From Halorhodospira halophila (GTDB lineage: Bacteria > Pseudomonadota > Gammaproteobacteria > Nitrococcales > Halorhodospiraceae): DNA of 24,000 bases. The stretch covers positions 12,524-36,523 of the forward strand of contig NZ_NHSN01000018.1 in the NCBI RefSeq assembly GCF_016653405.1. Reading direction: 5' to 3'. Position numbers and translations under genes: made by a program. Every line of letters begins with the position of its first letter. Within the stretch, counting starts at the first letter, position 1. A model generated the notes under the pieces. The model made no database searches. It was not told where the DNA came from and saw nothing but the letters and a program-made list of their open reading frames with translations. Positions 18,481 through 24,000 of this stretch are shown here, piece after piece.

Positions 18481-19964
18481 GGCTGCGCCCGGTCCGCCCC
18501 GCCCGGTTTCGCAACCCGTTCGGCCCTACCAAATCCCTGCTCCGGCTGCTTTTGACCGGCTTCGCGGTAGTGACGGCGCCGCTGATCCTGGCTCTGGCCA
18601 TCGCCGCATGGTCCGTGGATCGGCTCGCCAGCGACAGTCAGATCGCCATCTATGAAGCCGTCGGCGTCACCGAGAACAGTGCTCACATGGCGCGTGTCGC
18701 CATGGATATCGAACGCGCTGCCCGCCGTTATGCCACCCACAACGACCCCGCCGCCCTTCAGGAGTATCGCCACTGGCGCCGCGAGCTGGCCGCAGCCGGC
18801 GCCCCGCCCGGTGCCTTCGGACCCGAGGAGGCCACCTGGCTTCACCAGGGGTTGCGGGTCGTAGAGTCCACCCTGGTGACCACGCTGCACCTGCTCGGGC
18901 CGGACCGGCCTGAGGCCACCGCCCAGGTGCCGGCACTGAGTCTGGCCCTGCACCGTTCGGTGGCCAGCATCTCCGCAGCCGGCTACCGACGGATCGACGA
19001 GGAGGTGGACCAGGTTCAGGCCTTCTCCGATCGGGCCCGCCAGATCTTCGTCTGGCATCTGCTTGCGGCGGTACCGATCACGCTGGCCTTCACCTTCTAC
19101 TTTGCCGGACGCATCCACCGGCCTATCAAGGCCCTCGGTGACAACATCCGCCGGCTCGGGACGGCGGATTTCGAGCGCCCGGTGGCGGTCCGCGGCCCAC
19201 AGGACCTGGAAAACCTGGGCCGCGAGCTGGATGACCTGCGCCGGCAACTGGCCGAGCTGCGCAACCAGCGCCAGCGGCTGCTGCGCCACTTCTCCCACGA
19301 GCTTAAGACGCCGCTGGCCGCCGTGCTCGAGGGGGCCGAACTCCTCCGCGATCCCACGTTCAACGGCGACCCGACACGACGCGAGGAGATCGTCGGGATC
19401 GTCCGCGAGAACGGCCACGAGCTGCGCCGCCAGATCGACAATCTTCTGCGTTTCGCGCGCCACGGCGAGGCCCTTGCCCGCCCGGCCCACTTCAACCGCC
19501 TGGACCTGGCCGCGCTGGTCCGCGAAGTCGTCGAGCGCCACGAGCTCACGGCCCGGCGCCGCGGCATCGAGATCCGGACCGACCTGGAACCCGCCGAGAT
19601 CGAGGCCGATCGTGAACTCATGGCGACCGTGATCGATAACCTCCTCTCCAATGCCCTGCGCTATTCGCCGGAGAACCAGCCCATCGACCTGCTCCTGCGC
19701 GGCGACGACCAAGGGGTCACGCTCGAGGTACAGGATCGCGGGCAAGGCATCCCCGAGCACGAGCAATCGCTGATCTTCGAGCCGTTCCGCCAGGGCGAGA
19801 CCCGGGGCAGCGGCTCGGTCAAGGGCAGCGGGCTGGGGCTGTCCCTGGTCCGCGAATGCCTGAATGCCCACGACGGCACCATCCAGGCGCTGGCACGTCC
19901 CGACGGGCCCGGCGCGAACATGCGCGTCTGGCTGCCCAAAGATGCGAAGGAGGCAACGGTATGA
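18477..19964 (+). CDS. glrK: GlrK/QseE-like membrane sensor histidine kinase (TM-periplasmic helical domain-TM-HAMP-HisKA-HATPase)
   Basis: The ATG overlaps the upstream TGA (ATGA at 18477-18480). Collinear motif matches to E. coli GlrK as I remember it: MDIERAARRYATHNDP, LLRHFSHELKTPLAAVLEGAELL and IFEPFRQGETRGSGSVKGSGLGLSLVRECL. Confidence 0.8.
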   Translation: MRLRPVRPARFRNPFGPTKSLLRLLLTGFAVVTAPLILALAIAAWSVDRLASDSQIAIYEAVGVTENSAHMARVAMDIERAARRYATHNDPAALQEYRHWRRELAAAGAPPGAFGPEEATWLHQGLRVVESTLVTTLHLLGPDRPEATAQVPALSLALHRSVASISAAGYRRIDEEVDQVQAFSDRARQIFVWHLLAAVPITLAFTFYFAGRIHRPIKALGDNIRRLGTADFERPVAVRGPQDLENLGRELDDLRRQLAELRNQRQRLLRHFSHELKTPLAAVLEGAELLRDPTFNGDPTRREEIVGIVRENGHELRRQIDNLLRFARHGEALARPAHFNRLDLAALVREVVERHELTARRRGIEIRTDLEPAEIEADRELMATVIDNLLSNALRYSPENQPIDLLLRGDDQGVTLEVQDRGQGIPEHEQSLIFEPFRQGETRGSGSVKGSGLGLSLVRECLNAHDGTIQALARPDGPGANMRVWLPKDAKEATV

Positions 19965-21334
19965 CGCAACGCCCTCGGATCCTAGTGGTCGACGACGACC
20001 CGAGCCTGTGCCGGCTGATGGAAATGCGTCTGGAGGCCTCGGGCTACATGCCCACCACCTGTGAGAGCGGCGAGCGAGCCCTGGCCGAACTGGAATGCCA
20101 ACCGGCGGACGCCGTGATCACCGACCTGCGCATGGAAGGCATGGACGGGCTGGCGCTATTCGATGCGGTCCGCGAGCGCTGGCCGGCCCTGCCGGTGATC
20201 ATCCTCACCGCCCACGGCTCCATCCAGGATGCCGTCGAGGCGACTCGCCGCGGCGTCCACGAGTTCCTCACCAAGCCCTTCGACCCGCCCGAGCTTCTTG
20301 AGCAGTTGGAGAAGGCCCTGTCAGCACGCGGCGGCCAGACCTCCGACACCGCCCGCGAGGCGGGACGGCGTCATGGCCTGGTGACCCGCAGCCCGCGCAT
20401 GGAGGAAGTCCTTGAGCGCGCCTTGCTGGTCGCCGACTCCGACGCCAACGTCCTGATCCAGGGCGCCAGTGGCTCGGGCAAGGAACTCGTCGCCCGCGCC
20501 GTGCACGCCCACAGTCCCCGCGCCGAGGGGCCGTTCGTGCCGGTCAACTGTGGGGCCATCCCGGAGACGCTGCTCGAGTCCGAGCTCTTCGGGCACGTCC
20601 GTGGCGCTTTTACCGGCGCCGACCGGGATCGTGCTGGGCTGTTCCGCGACGCCGACGGCGGCACCCTGTTCCTCGACGAAATCGGCGACATGCCCGCGCA
20701 GCTGCAGGTCAAACTCCTGCGTGCCCTCCAGGAGCAGGTCATTCGCCCGGTGGGCGGACGCGACCCGATCCCGATCAACGTGCGCGTGCTCTCCGCTACC
20801 CACCGAGACCTAGAGGCCGCCCGTGCCGACGGCTCGTTTCGCGAGGACCTCTACTTCCGCCTGGCCGTCGTCACCCTGGCCCTGCCCGCGCTGACCGAGC
20901 GGCGCGAGGACATCCCCCTGCTCGCCCGCCACTTCCTGACCGAGGCCACCCGCCGCCACGGTCGTCCCGTCGAGGACCTCTCGCCGGAGGCCATCGAGGT
21001 GCTGGTCCAGGCCGACTGGCCAGGCAACGTGCGCCAGCTGCAGAATGTTATCGAGCAGTGCGTGGCCCTGAGCACCAGCGAGATCCTCCCCGAGCGCCTG
21101 ATCCGCCAAGCCCTCAACCAAGATCAGGAACCGGCCATTCCCACCCTGGCCGAGGCCCGCGAAGCGTTCGAGCGTGACTACCTGATCCGGCTGCTCAAGC
21201 TCACTGAGGGGAACGTCAGTCAGGCCGCCCGGATCGCCGGGCGCAACCGCACCGAGTTCTACCGCCTGCTCGGTCGCCACCACCTCCAGGTGGCCGACTT
21301 CAAGGGCACCGGCGAGCCCCGCCACGACGTCTAG
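19961..21334 (+). CDS. glrR: sigma54-dependent response regulator, GlrR/QseF-like (REC-AAA+-Fis HTH)
   Basis: I re-set the start to ATG 19961 (GAAGGAGG SD; ATGA overlap with the glrK stop). Motifs present: REC (DDD...D..T..K), Walker A GASGSGKE, GAFTGA, ESELFGH, and a C-terminus NVIEQCVAL...AGRNRTEFYRLLGRHHL..DFKG that is very similar to GlrR. Confidence 0.9.
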   Translation: MTQRPRILVVDDDPSLCRLMEMRLEASGYMPTTCESGERALAELECQPADAVITDLRMEGMDGLALFDAVRERWPALPVIILTAHGSIQDAVEATRRGVHEFLTKPFDPPELLEQLEKALSARGGQTSDTAREAGRRHGLVTRSPRMEEVLERALLVADSDANVLIQGASGSGKELVARAVHAHSPRAEGPFVPVNCGAIPETLLESELFGHVRGAFTGADRDRAGLFRDADGGTLFLDEIGDMPAQLQVKLLRALQEQVIRPVGGRDPIPINVRVLSATHRDLEAARADGSFREDLYFRLAVVTLALPALTERREDIPLLARHFLTEATRRHGRPVEDLSPEAIEVLVQADWPGNVRQLQNVIEQCVALSTSEILPERLIRQALNQDQEPAIPTLAEAREAFERDYLIRLLKLTEGNVSQAARIAGRNRTEFYRLLGRHHLQVADFKGTGEPRHDV

Positions 21335-22512
21335 ACGGCCTGGCCGGTTGCCACGCCGGAGGACCACGCCCACTGGAAGTTGTGGCCGCCCAGCTGCCCG
21401 GTCACATCGACGACCTCGCCGATGAAGTGAAGCCCGGGCACCTGACGGGCCGCCAGGGTGCGCGAAGAGAGCGCGTCGGTGTCGACGCCGCCGGCGGTCA
21501 CCTCGGCCTTGGCGTAGCCGGCCGTACCGGCCGGGGTCAATCGCCAATCCTCAAGCCGCCGCGCCACCTCATCCAGGGCCTGATTGCTGTAGCCCTGCAA
21601 CGGTCCCGACCAGCCCTCGAGTTCGCACAACGCCCGCGCCAAGCGTCGTGGCAGGTGGCGCTCCAGGCAACGATGCAGGGCCCGCCGGCCGCGTCCGCTG
21701 CGCACCCGGGCCAGCTCCTCGCGCAGGGCCGTATCCGGTAGCCAGTCCACGCTCAAGGGGGCCTCTGGCTGCCAGTAGCTGGAAACCTGCAGCGCGGCGG
21801 GTCCGCTCAACCCGTGGTGGGTGATGAGCAGGTCATCCCTGAACTCAGCCCCAGCACAGCGCATACGGACGGGCAGGCTGATCCCCGCCAGAGATCCGAT
21901 CGGCCGGTGGAGGTAGTCCGGCAGGGTCAGCGGCACCAGCGCCGGGCGCGTCGGCTGCACCGGCAGGCCGAACTGCCGGGCGATGGCGTATCCCAGGCCG
22001 CTGGCGCCCATCCGGGGGATCGACAGGCCACCAGTGGCCACCACCAATGCCTCGGCGTGCACCGTACCGGTCGGGGTTGCCACGGCGAAGCCCGCCGCCG
22101 TCGAGCCGACGCTACGAACCCCCGTCGCCATGCGCAGCTCCACCCCCGCCCGCGCGCACTCATCGAGCAATAGGTCGAGGATCGGGCGGGCCGAGTCACG
22201 GCAAAACAGTCGCCCCGGCTCACGCTCCTCATAGGCAACGCGGTGGCGCTCCACCAACTCCAGGAAGGCGGCCGGCGGGTAGCGCCGCAGCGCCGAGATG
22301 CAGAAACGCGGGTTGGCCGACAAGAAGTGCTCCGGCCCGCTATCAAGGTGGGTGAAGTTGCAACGCCCGCCGCCCGACATGAGGATCTTGCGTCCCGGTT
22401 TGCGAGCGTGATCGAGCACCACCACCCGCCGGCCCCGCCCGGCGGCGGTGGCGGCACACATCAGCCCGGCGGCACCGGCACCGATCACGATCACATCGGT
22501 CTGTTCCGTCAT
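21331..22512 (-). CDS. NAD(P)/FAD-dependent oxidoreductase, HI0933/YhiN (BaiN/RdsA) family
   Basis: The motifs DVIVIGAGAAGLMCA...KILMSGGGRCNFTH and a C-terminal GEVVDVTGQLGGHNFQWAWSSG are typical of this family. I chose ATG 22512; the track start, GTG 22515, is an alternative. Confidence 0.9.
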   Translation of the reverse strand: MTEQTDVIVIGAGAAGLMCAATAAGRGRRVVVLDHARKPGRKILMSGGGRCNFTHLDSGPEHFLSANPRFCISALRRYPPAAFLELVERHRVAYEEREPGRLFCRDSARPILDLLLDECARAGVELRMATGVRSVGSTAAGFAVATPTGTVHAEALVVATGGLSIPRMGASGLGYAIARQFGLPVQPTRPALVPLTLPDYLHRPIGSLAGISLPVRMRCAGAEFRDDLLITHHGLSGPAALQVSSYWQPEAPLSVDWLPDTALREELARVRSGRGRRALHRCLERHLPRRLARALCELEGWSGPLQGYSNQALDEVARRLEDWRLTPAGTAGYAKAEVTAGGVDTDALSSRTLAARQVPGLHFIGEVVDVTGQLGGHNFQWAWSSGVATGQAV

Positions 22513-22517
22513 CACTC

Positions 22518-24000
22518 CTACCGAATGTCGACGACCCGACTGGCCCGCTGGAAGCGGACCCGCCAGCCCGGCCAGGCCGGTAGTTCCCAGCGCTTCGGAT
22601 CGGTGCGGCGGATGCCGCCGACCTTCTCAGCGACCACCTCCCGGCGCCGGACGTGGTAGTGGATACGCAATTCGAGATCGGGGAGTTGGAGCCGGCGCGG
22701 ATAGCGCTCATCGAAGTCGGATCGCTGCCACTCCGGAATCCCCGGGAAACGCAGGTCCCCGGGCTCGAGCAGCGCGAGATCCTCACCCCGCTCCACGCCC
22801 AGGCGCTCGAGCTGCTCCAGCAGCCACGGCCGCGGCTCTGGAACGGCGCCCTCGGCATACCCCAGAGCGACGTACAGGGCCCACGCCTCCAGATCGTCAC
22901 GAAGCCGACCACCGGCCGGCGCCAGCAGCGCGTCCTCCAGGATCAGGTCGGCCGCTGCCTCGCGCGCCGCGGCTCCCTCCGGCTCCACTTCCTCGCACCC
23001 GATGCAGCGCCCGGCAAAAAGCCACTCGCGGCGGGCAGTCAGTCGCTCCCCAGTCCATGCCGGCTCGCTGATCCCCTCGCTGCAGGCGCCACTGGCAATG
23101 ACGCATGGCAGCGGCAACGGCGCCAGCGCCGTGGCCACGCTGATGGTCTGCCGCGTGCCGCGACCGGGGACACTGTGCGCACTGAGGACCAGCGCCGCCT
23201 CGGCCTCCTCCGGGAACCAAGAGTACTCGCCGAGCACCACCTCGTCGCCGGCGCCATTGCCGAGCGCCTGCCGCCTTCGCTGCCGACGCACATAGAGCCA
23301 GGTCGGCATCGCCCGGGCGGCGGCGGTCAGGGCCCGCTCGACCCGTGCGCGGTCGACGCCCGGTACGCCCACCTCCCTCGGCCTCGCCTCAGGCCGCGGC
23401 AGTATCGGTAGATCGAGCAATTCGCGCAGCTGACCTGCCAGCCGTCGCGCTTCCTCCCACGCCCGCGCATCGACCTGCACACCGGGGAGACGCTCACAGC
23501 GCAGCGCCGCCACGCGTAACCGGGCATCGCAGCGCTGCCCAAGCAACCCGGCCAGCTGCTCGCGTTCGTCGGGATCGCCGCGGACCTGCAGCCAGCGATC
23601 CCCCACCGCCAGCCCGGCAATCCAGTCGGCCATCAAGCCACCGGTCTCGGCGTCGGGCATGGCAAGCACGAGATGGGCCAGCTCCGGATCGACGGGCATG
23701 CGGAACAGCCGTTGCCCCCGCGGGGTGATGCCCCCAGAGGCATCCAGAGCCCCCATCGCCTGAAGCAGCCCCTCAGCCTGCTCCAGGCTCTCGGCCCGGG
23801 GCGTGTCCACGAAGGGCAGATCGGGGATCCGATAACCGGCACAGGCTCCCGCAAGCACCAGTTCGGTCAGATCCTCGCGCAACACCTCCGGCGGAGCATG
23901 CTCGGGCAGCGGTGCGGCATGCCCCCACAGTCGATAGCAGGTGCCCGGCTGCAGACGGCCGGCGCGCCCCGCGCGCTGCGCCGCGCTCGCCCGCGAGATC
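22518..24000 (-). CDS. hrpB: ATP-dependent RNA helicase HrpB, C-terminal part (5' end beyond the window)
   Basis: The frame is open to nt 24000. The window edge encodes helicase motif VI (ISRASAAQRAGRAGR), followed by HA2/OB-like and HrpB C-terminal regions (LREDLTELVL...FVDTP...LGALD..GGITPRG). Stop is TAG 22518-22520. Confidence 0.9.
   Translation of the reverse strand, partial: ISRASAAQRAGRAGRLQPGTCYRLWGHAAPLPEHAPPEVLREDLTELVLAGACAGYRIPDLPFVDTPRAESLEQAEGLLQAMGALDASGGITPRGQRLFRMPVDPELAHLVLAMPDAETGGLMADWIAGLAVGDRWLQVRGDPDEREQLAGLLGQRCDARLRVAALRCERLPGVQVDARAWEEARRLAGQLRELLDLPILPRPEARPREVGVPGVDRARVERALTAAARAMPTWLYVRRQRRRQALGNGAGDEVVLGEYSWFPEEAEAALVLSAHSVPGRGTRQTISVATALAPLPLPCVIASGACSEGISEPAWTGERLTARREWLFAGRCIGCEEVEPEGAAAREAAADLILEDALLAPAGGRLRDDLEAWALYVALGYAEGAVPEPRPWLLEQLERLGVERGEDLALLEPGDLRFPGIPEWQRSDFDERYPRRLQLPDLELRIHYHVRRREVVAEKVGGIRRTDPKRWELPAWPGWRVRFQRASRVVDIR

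Overview
This is a high-GC (roughly two-thirds G+C by eye) proteobacterial chromosome segment. The gene content (photoactive yellow protein, cytochrome c', flavocytochrome c sulfide dehydrogenase FccAB) suggests a purple sulfur or halophilic phototroph of the Halorhodospira/Ectothiorhodospiraceae type; that assignment is inference only. Layout, left to right: (1) Nested IS debris: the right part of an IS66-family element (1-1302) sits inside an IS21 istB gene, and the IS21 remnant (1303-~1605) truncates a tandem-PAS sensor gene (1583-2302, minus). (2) A PagL-like outer-membrane protein gene translationally coupled to a homocysteine S-methyltransferase gene (minus), then a BEM46-like alpha/beta hydrolase and an SDR. 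(3) A divergent cytochrome b561 / cytochrome c' pair. (4) A membrane GGDEF diguanylate cyclase. (5) An SDR-DUF2141 operon (minus), divergent from fccA-fccB. (6) An AsmA-family gene followed 14 nt later by a pyp (photoactive yellow protein) gene and an orphan acidic 81-aa ORF. (7) A thioredoxin-fold lipoprotein gene and a Sel1-repeat protein gene (minus). (8) A three-gene signalling operon with ATGA start/stop overlaps: a PAS-PAS hybrid histidine kinase with an apparent frameshift after its first PAS domain, a GlrK/QseE-like kinase, and a GlrR/QseF-like sigma54 activator. (9) A YhiN/BaiN-family flavoprotein gene and the 3' part of hrpB (minus, runs off the window). I found no CRISPR array, tRNA or rRNA. 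I do not see a demonstrably novel multi-gene system. The best candidates for follow-up are the non-canonical pyp neighbourhood (asmA-pyp-acidic ORF, with no pcl/tal) and the hybrid-kinase/GlrKR operon. Many long ORFs in the track are antisense or alternate-frame artefacts of the high GC content. Several track starts are GTG or upstream extensions; I re-set them where a Shine-Dalgarno (SD) sequence or homology supported a different start.
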